Assembly: GCA_004764695.1 (NCBI GenBank) | Contig: SMSO01000032.1 | Coordinates: 7,782,483-7,846,482, forward strand | Source of the DNA: Schizochytrium sp. TIO01 | Taxonomy: Eukaryota; Protista; Bigyra: Labyrinthulomycetes | Length of the DNA stretch: 64,000 nt | Direction of reading: 5' to 3' | Shown: piece after piece, positions 23,367 through 35,733 of the stretch | How the letters are laid out: every line of letters begins with the position of its first letter | Position numbering within the stretch: position 1 is the first letter of the stretch | Made by a program: the position numbers and the translations under genes | Notes under the pieces: model-generated | The model's input: only the letters and a program-made list of their open reading frames with translations | Database searches by the model: none | What the model was told of the DNA's origin: nothing

Positions 23367-24634
23367 AGGTCTACGATTTTCTCTGTCTGTCTGCCCTTTT
23401 TCTCCTTTCTTGCAATGCTGTCTTTTGCCACCCCAAAGACCATGAGTACTTGTTTATGTGTTTGCTGTTTAGTCTTTCTCCAGTGAGATATTGCTATGAT
23501 CACATTGTTTGGATGGGTGCTTCCTTTCGATTTAAGCCCTAACTTTCCCAGTTAGGCCTAGCTAGGTACGTTTGGTTTATGTTTATATACCATTGAAGAG
23601 GTGGGAACTTAATTGAAATTATATAGACCCTTTTAAATAAATAAAAAATCTGCTTGGTTGTGGTTCGCTACCTACTTACTTTGCTGTTTCAATGCACATG
23701 AATTTTTTTTTTCATTGTATTCTATATGGCTAGTCATCGAAGGTTCTTAAGTGCACTTTATCGTGACGACTACCTGCACCAAATACGATGGTATATTGAA
23801 AGTTTATTTCGAGTTCTGCAGAATGGGGCATGCAGTGCAAATTGTAAATATTTGCTATTGTCATCGGTAGCAGAAGGCCAAATGAAGTCATCACCAATTT
23901 AAAAAGACTTCAATTACATGTAACAAATCCCCTAATAATAATTTACTTCATCCTTCGAAGTAATTTTAGAAATACTAAGCATGTATAACTCTTCTTTTTT
24001 ATATCTGTCCTGCAATTTGATCCGTCAAAGTATCATCATCTCCAAATATTTATAGCTCGAGCACACTCTGTCTCGATTTTTAGACCCCATAGTTCTATTT
24101 CAATGGAAGCATAGTGAGTCAAAACCAAACCTTCAAAAGATAAGAGCTGAGCATGCAGGTTGCTTCAAACAAGACATCATCTTCCCTTTTTGGCGAACAA
24201 AATTATACTTATACTTATTCTCTTTTTTTTTCTCTCTCTCTTTTTTAAAATATATTGTAATCACTCTCAAATCAGTCCGTGCATTAAAAGTGAAAGAGGT
24301 ATCTCGATAAATAGAAGACTTCATGTAAAGGATCAAACCAGAAATGTTGTAGGCATGGTAGTTGAAAAAAATCTACCAAGATATCCTTCTCTAATCCTAC
24401 ATTTGGTTAGGATCAGCCCTTAAGAAACATTTACTTTTTAAAGTTAAAACTTAATCGATTCATCAATAAAGCTTGAGGTTTTGAACCTCGAAATCATAAC
24501 AACTTAATTCAAAAGCAACGTAACACCTACCAAGAATTAACTTACCACAAAATAAACAAAACCAAAGTCTACACATAGTTCTAATTTTTATAGCTCGGAA
24601 CTTGGAAATATAGGACTAAACCTAATCCTAATCA

Positions 24635-27600
24635 TCATTGATCTTTGGGAGTAGATGGACTAATATTCTTCCTGAAATTCTGTGGCGACACAGACTGCAC
24701 CCGCTCTAACACTGCAGCACCAAGTGGCACGTGAATCCTTGAATCCATACGATCCAAACTTTTCGTAGAAGCTCGAGAAGATGGATATGTGGGCATAAAT
24801 GGTCGCTCACTGACTGTCCGTGTTGGCAATGATGTTGGGAAATAATCAGTCTCGTTATGAAAGCCATCTTCATCTAAACCGGAGTCATGCGTACTTGAGT
24901 TGGACTCAGAAGCAACATCCTCTACAAGCTCTTGAACACTGTGATAGCTCTGAGCGCGGTCCATCAAACCTCTCCCCAAAGGTTCTGATAGATCGACTTT
25001 CGATGAGCTTCGTCGAGAGTGCAAAGTTGAAGCTTCCTCTGAAGGAAAACCATCTCTACTATCTACATCATCGATGTCATCAGGGTTCATGATAGCGGAA
25101 AACACTTCGAAACGTTTTTGGAGTGAGTCGTGTTCTGTTTCTGTGAGGTGGTATCGACTAGTCGCAGCAAGCTGTAGGATCTTTTGCAAAGCAACAGGAT
25201 AATCCATCAACAGTTCATCTAGGTCCTCTTGCTCGAGGCGGAACAAGCTAGAGTGAAATATTGCGCGAACTGACGCTGTACGCCTTCCACCAACAAGAAG
25301 AGAAATTTCTCCAAAATAGCAGCCGTCAGACAAAGTTGTATAAATTTCAGTAGCATTGGCATTGCACACTTCCACAAGCCCTCGGCGTACAAAATACATA
25401 GCCTTCCCTACCTCTCCTTGACGAATGATCATATCCAAGGGAGCGCATACCTCAGCTGTCATGCTTAAAATCAGCCGGCAAATGAAATTATCATCTTGAC
25501 CTTCAAAGAATGGCACCTTCGCTACCATATCCTTGTTAAGGAACAGGACTACTTCTCGACGTAGCGCAGGGCTAAGATCATCTAGAATGGCATGCTCAGA
25601 GAATGGAAAACTTTTCAAGTCTTTCCAGCAATTGCTGTAGTACTCACGAATGCGTGACTGAAGTTCAAGAGGCAAATCCTGTTGAGCGCAGTACTCTTTC
25701 AGCCAATCCATCTTTTCCTTGTACAAAACTTGGGTAGAATCTAACGCGCTAACCATCGATGCCACATTACCTACTGAGTATGCAAACATGGAGCATGAGA
25801 CCAACATTGCAAATATAACAAAAAGAATCTCACTCTCGTTTTGTGGAACGATATCACCATACCCAACAGTAGTCATTGTTGTAATTGACCAATAAAGGCT
25901 CGCCAAATACTTTGGGTGAGCCGAATCAGTTTCCCGAACACCATAAACATCTGACCAAGTATCAACCCGAGTTGGGTCTAAGTCTGAGATGTAGTAAAAA
26001 AAACATGCGAGTAAATGAATAACTAATAGACCAACAACAAGTGAAGTCATCAAACGAAGCATTCCAGGTTTCATTCTTTCTGACCAAATACGAAAATATC
26101 TATATAACCCAACAAGACGCAGTAAGCGAGTCAGCTTTAGCAATCGAATTAGCTTGCTTAAGCTTGCAAAAGACCGTTCTGTACTAGATATCTGGCCATC
26201 AGTTACTGCTGTTACAATTCGGTCAAACGGAACAATTGCTATGAGGTCGACAAAAAGCCACGTTGCCATATAATTTCGTACAATCATTCGATGGTTCATA
26301 ACAATCAATTTCACCGATTGTCTGGTCGAATAATATCCAGTAATAAAGTTGAGAAGAATATCGATTCCGAAAGCTATATTAAAAACTGTCTCAATATGCT
26401 TCCAAATTCCAAATGGTGCGATGCTAAAACTGATTGAAAAGGGAATCGAAAAACTATACCACAGAAGCATCACTAATACAAAGAGGTTCCAATTTGCTCG
26501 AAACGAACTCTCTGGATGAATTATTGGGAGTTTCGTGACAAATCGGGCAATGAGTGACCAACATAAATCGCGTTTCGGAGCTTTCATCACTTGGCTGTCT
26601 TTGTATTTTTGGCTCTGTCTAGGCAGAGGTCGCTGCTTTCCAGATGCTAGCATTGAGTCGCCGATTGCGGAGAGAGCATGATCATCATAAGATGAGGTCT
26701 GCTTTCGCTTACGAGACTCAAACGAGCGAAGCTTCGATTCCGACTCTGACATGGGATCAAGCTCCCCAGATTCTCGAGTCCCACCGGTCGTATTGCCTGT
26801 CAGGTTATAGTCAGCCCCACCAGAAACTAATGGGATATTTCCTGTGCTGCTTCTAATTCCATACTTTGATTGATCAGCGTGCTCGTTGTCGGAATATTCT
26901 TCGTCATCATCTTGATCTGACCCAACAGTAGAGTCTTCTTCATCTGTTATGACTATACGATACCCACTCTCGATTTGCAATCGCAAATTTTCTAGCCCTT
27001 CGAAATGCCGGCCACGGACTGAAGCTCTCCTTTTCTTGAAAGAGCCTTCAAGAATATTAGATGACTTCATACTTTCGTCATCAGTGTTTCCAGATGGTAC
27101 AACTTTCGCTGATTGTTGTGGAGCAGCTGTTGGATTAGCGAGAGCGGATTGCAAATCTCTCGCTGCTAGTCCGTGGATGGAAGTTCGTCTCCGGTTATCC
27201 ATCAGCACATCTTGATTGCCTACTATGGCACAATTCACATCACGCAATGTTGGTTCGTTGACGAGGAATTGCTTCTGGATATTTGCGACCGTACTAGACT
27301 TTTTCAAATCTGGAGACACTGTTTTTCTCGAACTTAAGACTTCCTCTGTGCCATTCAAATTAGTTGAATTGGATGACAATGATTTGCGCCGGCCTACCTC
27401 TACTGGATTTTCGCATTCTTCCGTTGCCAAGTTTGTATGGGCAGATTGGCTCGTGGAAAATCGATCCATTTCACGAGATAATGACCCTAACGACGTTGGA
27501 GCTTTCATGCTACTTTTGCCATGGGCTTTGGTTACGCGTGCCAGCTGTTCGAGTTGGAATTGCATTTCTTCCATACGTTTCAATAGTTTTCGCTGCTCTT

Positions 27601-27862
27601 CTAATGCGCTTCGTTGCTCTTTGATCATTGAAGCGATGTTAAATGCTCTGTTGGGTGGGATTTTTAGGCTTTCGACACCAAGGACTGGTAGTGTAGGTTC
27701 TAATGATATCTCATCCTTCTCCTCTGGCATCCATTCTGATATAGATTCTTTTGATAGTAATCTCAGCTGCTCAGCATCACCTCCAGCTTGCTTGGTTACC
27801 AAGCTTGCAGGACTTGAGAGCAAAGCTACTCCATCTGGCTCCTTTGTGGACGTATTTGACAT
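24635..27862 (-). CDS. Voltage-gated K+ channel with cyclic nucleotide-binding domain (EAG/HCN/CNBD superfamily)
   Basis: IIHPES.FR..WN at S1, S4 KLIRLLKLTRLLRL, pore YWSITTMTTVGYGDIVP, C-linker LPLELQSRIREYY, CNBD FGEISLLVGGRRTASVRA; long disordered N-terminus. Confidence 0.93.
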   Translation of the reverse strand: MSNTSTKEPDGVALLSSPASLVTKQAGGDAEQLRLLSKESISEWMPEEKDEISLEPTLPVLGVESLKIPPNRAFNIASMIKEQRSALEEQRKLLKRMEEMQFQLEQLARVTKAHGKSSMKAPTSLGSLSREMDRFSTSQSAHTNLATEECENPVEVGRRKSLSSNSTNLNGTEEVLSSRKTVSPDLKKSSTVANIQKQFLVNEPTLRDVNCAIVGNQDVLMDNRRRTSIHGLAARDLQSALANPTAAPQQSAKVVPSGNTDDESMKSSNILEGSFKKRRASVRGRHFEGLENLRLQIESGYRIVITDEEDSTVGSDQDDDEEYSDNEHADQSKYGIRSSTGNIPLVSGGADYNLTGNTTGGTRESGELDPMSESESKLRSFESRKRKQTSSYDDHALSAIGDSMLASGKQRPLPRQSQKYKDSQVMKAPKRDLCWSLIARFVTKLPIIHPESSFRANWNLFVLVMLLWYSFSIPFSISFSIAPFGIWKHIETVFNIAFGIDILLNFITGYYSTRQSVKLIVMNHRMIVRNYMATWLFVDLIAIVPFDRIVTAVTDGQISSTERSFASLSKLIRLLKLTRLLRLVGLYRYFRIWSERMKPGMLRLMTSLVVGLLVIHLLACFFYYISDLDPTRVDTWSDVYGVRETDSAHPKYLASLYWSITTMTTVGYGDIVPQNESEILFVIFAMLVSCSMFAYSVGNVASMVSALDSTQVLYKEKMDWLKEYCAQQDLPLELQSRIREYYSNCWKDLKSFPFSEHAILDDLSPALRREVVLFLNKDMVAKVPFFEGQDDNFICRLILSMTAEVCAPLDMIIRQGEVGKAMYFVRRGLVEVCNANATEIYTTLSDGCYFGEISLLVGGRRTASVRAIFHSSLFRLEQEDLDELLMDYPVALQKILQLAATSRYHLTETEHDSLQKRFEVFSAIMNPDDIDDVDSRDGFPSEEASTLHSRRSSSKVDLSEPLGRGLMDRAQSYHSVQELVEDVASESNSSTHDSGLDEDGFHNETDYFPTSLPTRTVSERPFMPTYPSSRASTKSLDRMDSRIHVPLGAAVLERVQSVSPQNFRKNISPSTPKDQ

Positions 27863-29060
27863 GATGTGACATAAACAGCTGCTTTGGTTGCCGCCAAGAT
27901 ATTACCTTGGCCAGATGTCAGAGAGCTTTCTTATTGGTCTTTGCCAACTTGAAAAGTTTGATCAACTCAAGTTCTATTTGATGTTATCGATATTTCACGC
28001 AAGTGCAGCCCAACTCTATAGCGGATTGTGGTTCTACTTGAAAGTACCTAGCTTTGCATCTCTTTGGACGACAATATGCGCAACCAAAGGTTTTCAAGCT
28101 TTCAGCAAAGCCCCCACTTGCGTCTTTGTTCTCGTCTTTCGCACAACCAGAAGAGCTATGGGTACTGCGGTGTAGCTAGCTAGCTATTCACGACTTGAAT
28201 CAAGGTACAGGGGAGTGACACACCCTGTATCGCTTGTATAAACTCTGCCGTTTTCTATGCTCTGAAAGGCACTGAATACAATTCAATAAGAGAAATACTG
28301 CACGTTTCATACTTGATTAAGCCTCACACTCAGTGCTGCTTTAAAAGTGGAGGTATATTATTTGCAGCGTGCTAAGATGTTTAAGCACAACATTCATATA
28401 ATGTGTAATGTTTTGCCCACCACATGACCAGGAATGGCCCACTGATAAGTGCCCTTTAGCAAAATGTTCCAGCTATTAGATAAGGCTAGGCTTAGCCGGT
28501 GAGTGTTCCCTTACACCTCTTCCAATTAGCAGAGCTCTTCCCGGTGGAGGATGATTGCCAAAGACCTGGTGCTCTGAATGAGATAATAAATGGGGAAGGA
28601 AATTTTACCCTTTTCGGTCCTTCCAAATCAATGATAAAACTCAGAGTGAAAATTTGAACGTTGTGGTTATTTCCTCCAATTGTATGAACCGTCCGCAGCT
28701 ACTGTATGATACAGCAGCCTATTTCACGGTTCATAACAGTGTGTCCGTTGAAGAGTTGCACGTACGGCCGCATCGCCACAAATAAATTTTAGTTTACTAC
28801 TACTATTATGTAACATAATCCCTAAGTTCTCATCAATCTAATCGGAAGAGTACCAGGACAAGAAGGAGTAAAGAAATAGGGGGAGGAGTATTTAAACTTA
28901 GAAAAGCAACAGGTATTGCTAATTGAACATTAAATAGTAGTGCTTTAAAACAAAGTTCTGCACAGAATGAGTGCTCCGACATGGGTCTTCTGCAAAAGGG
29001 AGTGAAAGGTACCAACATGAGCTATAGGCTCGCATAATATATATAGCTCATTTACATACT

Positions 29061-29061
<1 letters not shown>

Positions 29062-29095
<34 letters not shown>
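29062..29095. repeat. Poly(T)34 homopolymer
   Basis: Directly visible. Confidence 0.9.
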
Positions 29096-30489
29096 CTGGA
29101 CTAAACTACAATGCAAAGGAGCATGACGTTTGTTTACGAGCTAAAGGAGTTCTTGCATTTTAAAATTTTGACAGAATGTTTCTTTGACTACGCTATTAAA
29201 AAAGAAACAAGAGGTAGCTGCATTACTCATTGTATGAGTTAATTTAAAACATTATCTTGCATCACCATGGGGGGAAGGGATATTATTCAAGGTCCATTTA
29301 AAAAGTGCAATAATTCAATGAGTTCATGATATTCTGGCTGCTTAAGTCTTTATCTTTGTAGATGCTAGTAACCAAAAAAATTCTCTTCATTTGGAATTAA
29401 GACAGAGAACTATTAAATGATGATTACATCTGCAATTGATTCTTGATATGCAAAAAAAAGTTCAGAAGTCTCAGGCGAATAAGTTATTACGTCCTCGTAA
29501 CAACTTTAATTACAAGCACCTCGAAGTACCTGTTGTAGCTTCAGATCGCGAAATACTATCGCAGTTTTGAAGATTTGCAAACAAGAAATAATAACTGCTC
29601 AACATTAGGAAAGGAATAGTAAATTTAAATTGGAGGTCAAATGTGACAAAATCAAGTCATATGTTGATCCTAATTTCTAACAAGCCGTTCATCTTAAATT
29701 TATATTAGGAAAGAAACCACTAAGTCGCACAGAATATTTGCGTTTCACAAAGGGGGGTACTGAAAGAATATATTATTATTTATTTTTAATAATTTAATAT
29801 TAATTAAAAAATTACTTTAATTAAAAATATGGAAAAGTAAACCACGGAGGGCTCCCGCAAGAAGACTGAAGAACGTCATGCAGACATATATGTCACTAGA
29901 TATGTTGTTTCATATTCTATGGTGGCATTAATAAACATACAGATAATAAAGGATCGACAACTGAGACCATGAAAGAAGTAAACAAAAGGTGGAAGCTGTG
30001 GAGATCTTGATGACAAATCAGGACTATTATATTGGTATTAGTTCTCACTTTAGTATGCACATTTCGAAACACATATGTAGGTTCTAGGTTTGCTCATAGT
30101 ATATACCTAAGAATTTACTTTTTGTGGTATCTGATAGTACCATTTGTACCCGGACGTAGTCAGCAAAAGAACGGCTGAGTAGCAAACTTAGTTATACAAG
30201 TTATTAGGGATCACCCAGCTAAGCTGTAGGAGTTCGAGGGAAATAAGTAATCAATGTGGGCAACAAAAATCGATCAAGCTTTTTGGGCCAAACTTTATGA
30301 GGACTGTTCCCTATCTCTGCGGCACAGAAATAGCCTCGCCACGATCGTAAAGCCCTATCAAGATAGCTTGGGTTGCTCCAAGAACGCACCAAGAAGCTGA
30401 AAAGTTTTGCACGTTGAACTACTGAACCTGTCTACGCAGTGGAGGGAGTCTTTCTTTGGGTTTCTCCTATACGCGTTTTCCTGAGCACC

Positions 30490-30837
30490 ATGTCGATCAG
30501 CAAAGCCAAAGTTGCTATGGTCCATTTGGGCAAGATTATTAGAATCTCTGAGCGCCGCATTCCACCCATGAAGGAGGCAAAAGTACGTGCAATCATGTCT
30601 GGTGTAGAATCTGATGTCCGCGACTGGCCCGGGCTCATGAATATGGAAACTCTTATTGATACGGAAGAGCCTGACAAGTTCATGGTGGTAACGGAGTGGG
30701 AGTCTCGTGCTCACTTGCGGCACTGGCTTCGAAGCGACCTTCACCAGCGCGTCGTTGACCAACTTAACGAGACTTTGGACGAACCTGTCAAATACCGAGA
30801 GCTTATGCACCACGAAGACGATGTATTTCTCCTTTAA
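30490..30837 (+). CDS. Small ABM (antibiotic biosynthesis monooxygenase-like, dimeric alpha/beta barrel) domain protein
   Basis: 115 aa from ATG 30490. PGLMNMETLID.EEPDKFMVVTEWESRAHLRHWLRSDLHQ fits the ABM pattern PG......L.....P..F.V...WES......W..S..H. Confidence 0.75.
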   Translation: MSISKAKVAMVHLGKIIRISERRIPPMKEAKVRAIMSGVESDVRDWPGLMNMETLIDTEEPDKFMVVTEWESRAHLRHWLRSDLHQRVVDQLNETLDEPVKYRELMHHEDDVFLL

Positions 30838-31598
30838 AGTGATGCGCCAAAACGAATACATGTCCATATCTCATTTTAAAATCATTCTATGGCATATGTC
30901 CAATCTCCAGTTTTACTTCTAATACTTTAAAATTTTACCTTTTGAAAACGATAAAGCCTTCATTTCCTATCGCAACTTTGCACTATACTGGAAGATCTAG
31001 ATTTCTTTGATATTTTATTCTTTCATCGACCTTCAAATTCGGTAATTTGATTAGACTCCAATGACAGCATCACCACAAGTCTCTAGTCTGAACACCGGGC
31101 AACCAATGTCAAGTGTTAGGAAACTACAGAATATGAATCCAAACGTCAAGATTTAAAGATGAAACAGTTCCTTCGAATATCCCCTGCTACTGAAGAGCTT
31201 AATTGAATGTTTTTCACATTCCAAACGAGAAGATCAAAGTGGTTCGTGAGTTCTTTCTTTCTTTCTTAAAGCATATCCTGTTTCAATAAGAGGCTTTTGC
31301 GAGCGACAGCCATGGCCAGAGATGCCCGAGACTGCATGTGACAGCTGTTTGTCTGCGTTGATTTTATTTGACTTGGCCTGAAGAAAAATAATTTCTTTAG
31401 CTTTAAAGCACCCACATTTAGAACAACTGAAAGGTTGTGATCTGTAGTCGCAGATTAAAGGACTCTACGTAGTAAAGATAGCATTTTAAAAAGAAGAAAC
31501 ATCAATTTCTCCAAGGCATTTGGGGTACTTCAAAGTTCGTAAAGTATAATTTCGGTTTGTGATTCAATGTTGTTGTTTTTTTGGTGTTTTTTTTGTTT

Positions 31599-33146
31599 TT
31601 AATGGACGTAGTTGCGAACGAATGTGTGCAGATCGTGGACACCACCCTCCTTCTGCGCAGCAGAAGAGCGGATCTCGAAGCGAAGAGTTTGGTCGTAGAG
31701 ACAGTCGTGAAGGATAACAAGGGAGCGAACTCCAAGATCTTGAAGACCGTGGCGAATACTCTGCGCAACGTAAGGAAGGAAACGACGTACAGAGCCCTTG
31801 TCTACAACAGCACCAGAGACACCAGTGGATACCAGGGGGAGATCAAAGGTATCCTGAAGGCCCTCGCTAACGAGTGCGTCGCGGGAGTGGTTGCCGCGGT
31901 ACTTCTTGAGGCGGAGGCCATCCTGGAAGTAGTACTGACCGGGGGACTCCTCAGTACCAGCAAGAAGAGAGCCCATCATCACAGTGCTAGCACCGAGGGC
32001 AAGGGCCTTGATTGCACAACCACTGTTAGCAATACCACCATCAGCAATAACAGGGATCCCGTGCTTGCGGGCAATGCGGGCAACGTGAAAGACAGCAGAC
32101 ATCTGCGGGCGACCAACAGCCTTAATGAGCTGCCCAGTAGCAATGGAGGCAACACCCATACCCACGCGGACAGCATCAACGCCAGCCTTGATGAGCTCCT
32201 CCATCTGGGAGGCCGTAACAATGTTTCCGCCGATAATTTCGAGTTTGGGAAAGTTAGTCTTGGAGAACTTGATGAGCTCAACCTCACTGGTGATGTCCGG
32301 GTGGCGGGACTCCAGGGTCACAACATCAACTCCAGCCTCGACGAGGGCGGTGAGGCGGGCCTTAGCCTCCTCAAGGTTGTTAATACCGACAGCGGCACCA
32401 ACCAAGAGACGGTCGTTCTCGTCCTTGGTGGCATCCGGGAAGTCGCGGTTCTTCAGCAAATCCTTGCGAGAGACAAGGGAGACAAGGTTTCCCTCGCTAT
32501 CGAGGACAGGGACCTTACCGCACTTGCTCTTGCGGAGTTCCTCGTTAGCCTCTTCCAAGGAGCACGTCTCCGGGAGAGTGTAGAGGTCGCTGCGAGGAGT
32601 CATGACAGTAGAGAGCTCAAGGCTGCGGTCCTCAATGAAATCAACATCACGGGAGGTGACCATACCAAGGAGCTTGCCCTTGGGGTCACCGTTCTCAGTG
32701 ATAGGAACAGCAGTAAAGCCCTTTTCTGTGGTCATGCTGTCGACGTCGGCAATGGTGTTGGTAGGTGCAAGGCAGAAGGGAGAAGTGATGAATCCACTCT
32801 TGTAGCGCTTGACGAGGCGGACCTCCTCAGCCTGCTCCTCAATAGTGTTGCCGCGGTGGATGATACCAATACCACCGTGGAGAGCCATGTTGATGGCCAT
32901 GAGGTGCTCAGTGACTGAGTCCATAGGAGAACTCACCAAAGGGATGTTCAACTTGATGTTGCGGGTGAGCTGAGTTCCCAAGGTGATGTCACCAACACCA
33001 AAATCGATGGCACCGGGCAAGAGGATAACATCGTCAAAGGTGAATCCGCGACCGCCAGTCGTGCTGCCAAAGAGAGCGTCAGATCCAACGCCGTCCATCT
33101 CGTCGACGGAGAGCTCAAACTGATCGGCACCAAAGGGAGAAGCCAT
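31599..33146 (-). CDS. IMP dehydrogenase homologue with two CBS domains; catalytic Cys replaced by Ala (probable pseudoenzyme)
   Basis: Collinear with eukaryotic IMPDH over the full 515 aa ([54 protein letters not shown]). The active-site loop reads [11 protein letters not shown] instead of GMGSGSICITQ. Confidence 0.93.
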   Translation of the reverse strand: MASPFGADQFELSVDEMDGVGSDALFGSTTGGRGFTFDDVILLPGAIDFGVGDITLGTQLTRNIKLNIPLVSSPMDSVTEHLMAINMALHGGIGIIHRGNTIEEQAEEVRLVKRYKSGFITSPFCLAPTNTIADVDSMTTEKGFTAVPITENGDPKGKLLGMVTSRDVDFIEDRSLELSTVMTPRSDLYTLPETCSLEEANEELRKSKCGKVPVLDSEGNLVSLVSRKDLLKNRDFPDATKDENDRLLVGAAVGINNLEEAKARLTALVEAGVDVVTLESRHPDITSEVELIKFSKTNFPKLEIIGGNIVTASQMEELIKAGVDAVRVGMGVASIATGQLIKAVGRPQMSAVFHVARIARKHGIPVIADGGIANSGCAIKALALGASTVMMGSLLAGTEESPGQYYFQDGLRLKKYRGNHSRDALVSEGLQDTFDLPLVSTGVSGAVVDKGSVRRFLPYVAQSIRHGLQDLGVRSLVILHDCLYDQTLRFEIRSSAAQKEGGVHDLHTFVRNYVH

Positions 33147-35674
33147 GGTTGCTGCTTGCGGTGGTAATTTAGAAGGCAGGAACAGTGCTCTAAAGCTCTG
33201 AGTCTGTCTCTAGGCTCTGTCTGGCGTAGATCCAGGTCTTCCTTTTCCAACTGGCTGAAGGGCTTGTTTAAGCCTGCCGTGGAGCCTCTGGCGATTCTGC
33301 TTTGCGCTCCGACCCGTGCTCTTTTCTTTTCTGCCTTTCGCTTAGAAAGGGGCCTCGCCAATGGTTGGCTCATACATTCTTCATCATCTATAATAATCAT
33401 CATATAAACAGCTAAACAGCTAGTAATACTATTCCTTTCTTTTTCTTCCTCTCCCCTTTTCTTCCTTCCCTTCCCTTCCTTCCTTTCTTCCTTCTTTCGT
33501 AGTGAGTGAGATATCTATTTGACTAGGCCCATCACTATTCGCCTATCCATCCACCTACCCAGGCCTACTTTTATAGCTAATAGTAGCATATATATAGATA
33601 GGCCTTTAGATTTTAAAGAATTGCTTTTAGCAATACTCTCAAATTATGATTTCATCTTCACTCGTAGCTAACTGGTATCTAGGTCCTATGTAGTAGTTAG
33701 GAATTGGCTTCATATGCTTCAACGAAGGTTTAAACAATTAGACATGTATACCTCTAGCTAGGCACCTAATACCTACAATATAGTGAGTTACTTACTACCT
33801 TGATAAAAAACAGTAAGCCTACTAGGTACTTGTCATTGAGGAACGCATAGTTTTAGTACGGAAGTTTTCTTTCTGAATTCTTTCACGTGCAACTTTAACA
33901 AATTATATCGTACCACTGTTAAGTTAATGGGAAACTAAGGTAAGTGAAATAGCTGCTTTCAAATATGCTACTTTATTATTGAATAGGTACCTTATCTGCT
34001 TTATAAATTTATCGAATTTTGAAGACCAAAGAGACTGTTTTTTACTGAATCAGCATGTCTTCAATATTATTGTTAGACCTGGAACTGTTTAGATTCACTC
34101 AAGAATCACTCACTAAGTTTCACCAATTGCACTATCCAACGCAAGTTGGGGTTGGCTTCTTATTCATATATATGCCAAAGCTATTGCTATGGTTTTAAGT
34201 TTGAAAAAATCATTTTCGAAGAAGAATATAAAATAACCTCAACACTTTGCTTTCTGGGACCTCCCCTCTTGTCTGAGAAAAAGGAGCCTAGGTAGCCACC
34301 TTTCTTAATTATAAAAGTAGTAATATAATAATATAATAATAATTTAATCCAGATCATCATACTGACTTTCAAAAATTAAACACTTAATCTCTATTCCAAG
34401 TAGCGAAGTTGCAAGAGTATCTATGAAAATATTCCTACCTTTAGGTGTTACCTTTTGTTATATTCAAATGGGCTGTTTACAAAGCAAAGATTTTGAGAGC
34501 TCTTTCAAGTCGTCGCACATGTTTCACCAGAATTACTACAAGGTGTACTAGACAGCACTAAGCACCTTCCAAACAACGAACATGTTTGATCACAGAGGTA
34601 TTACATATTTTTTTAAAAGGGTGGATGCATTATCGATCTTCAAACTACCTAGCTGTAGAACCTGCTTCGACAAACGCAAGCCACTAAATCACGCACACAC
34701 TTGAAGAGTTCCTTAACTTAAGAACCATCTTCGGCTGATTAATCACTATCGCATTTCAAAGATAGGTTCTGATCGCTATGTTAGTGGCAAGCCAAAGTAT
34801 TTTGCCAAGGAAAATAAGATTATCTGCCAAACCTCACAATCTGCACTCCCTGACACAACTCACTAACTCACTCTCTAGACTGCTCGTCCATCATTAGAAA
34901 AAGAATGTATGAAAGGCTTTGCTCGAGGCTGCCGTTTTACAAGGCACTCCTGCAAAATATTTAGCTGTTTAGTTCGTTGATCTTCGACCCTCTCCTACCA
35001 ACAACAGAGGTCAGTGTCTACTACGGCGGAACACACAATTATGATGTTCCGACGTTTTACTCAATTCGCAAAGAAAATAAAAGAAAACTTGAAAGTAACA
35101 ACAATACTAGAAGAAAAGAGAGTACTTACGGAAAAGGGGGAAAGATCCAAGTCATCCCAGCGAAACCATCTCAAGGTCGCAATACCAATCCAAGCACAGC
35201 AGAATTTATCATGATATGAATTTCCGAAGGCGAGCTCTCATCTTGAGATTTGCTATTTTTAGATATTCAAGACTTAATCATAGATAGTTTTAGGAGCTAC
35301 AAAACTAAGATGAGTTGATCAAAGAAGAGTCTCTGTGCCTGAGATGTTCCAAGACATGCTAGTTTTTTTATTGATGCCATAGTAAATACGTCCTCAGCTA
35401 GTGAGTCAAGACCCAGTCTAAAATACAGGCTAAGCATTAAATATTAAGGTTGCATCCTAATCTCAAATGAGCAGGACCTATAGTCTTACACTCATTAGGT
35501 ATTATGAGGTTCGTGACTAGTTCGGCGACAAAGTGAATGTTTATAAAACAAAAGGATTTACATTGGTACCTAATCAAAGAAACATAGCATACTATTAGAT
35601 GTTTTTATTATGTGATAGTACCTGTCGATCGTTAAGCTTCTTATAGACTTTTTACTAATGTTTTCCCTCTGTTT

Positions 35675-35733
35675 CTTACGTGGATCGGATAAGGAGGTTT
35701 TTACGTATGGATCGGATAAGGAGGTTTTTACGT
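35675..35733. repeat. ~28-bp tandem duplication
   Basis: tggatcggataaggaggtttttacgta occurs twice in tandem. Confidence 0.85.

Noticed and set aside
29062-29095. Poly(T) as a retroposon poly(A) tail
   Set aside because: No TSD and no recognisable SINE/LINE body adjacent.
31581-32918. 445-aa plus-strand ORF antisense to the IMPDH-like gene
   Set aside because: Non-ATG start, no recognisable motifs, and in register with the sense codons; the expected shadow of strong codon bias.
30490-33146. ABM gene and IMPDH-like gene as a functional cluster
   Set aside because: Convergent eukaryotic neighbours with no evidence of linkage; synteny data would be needed.
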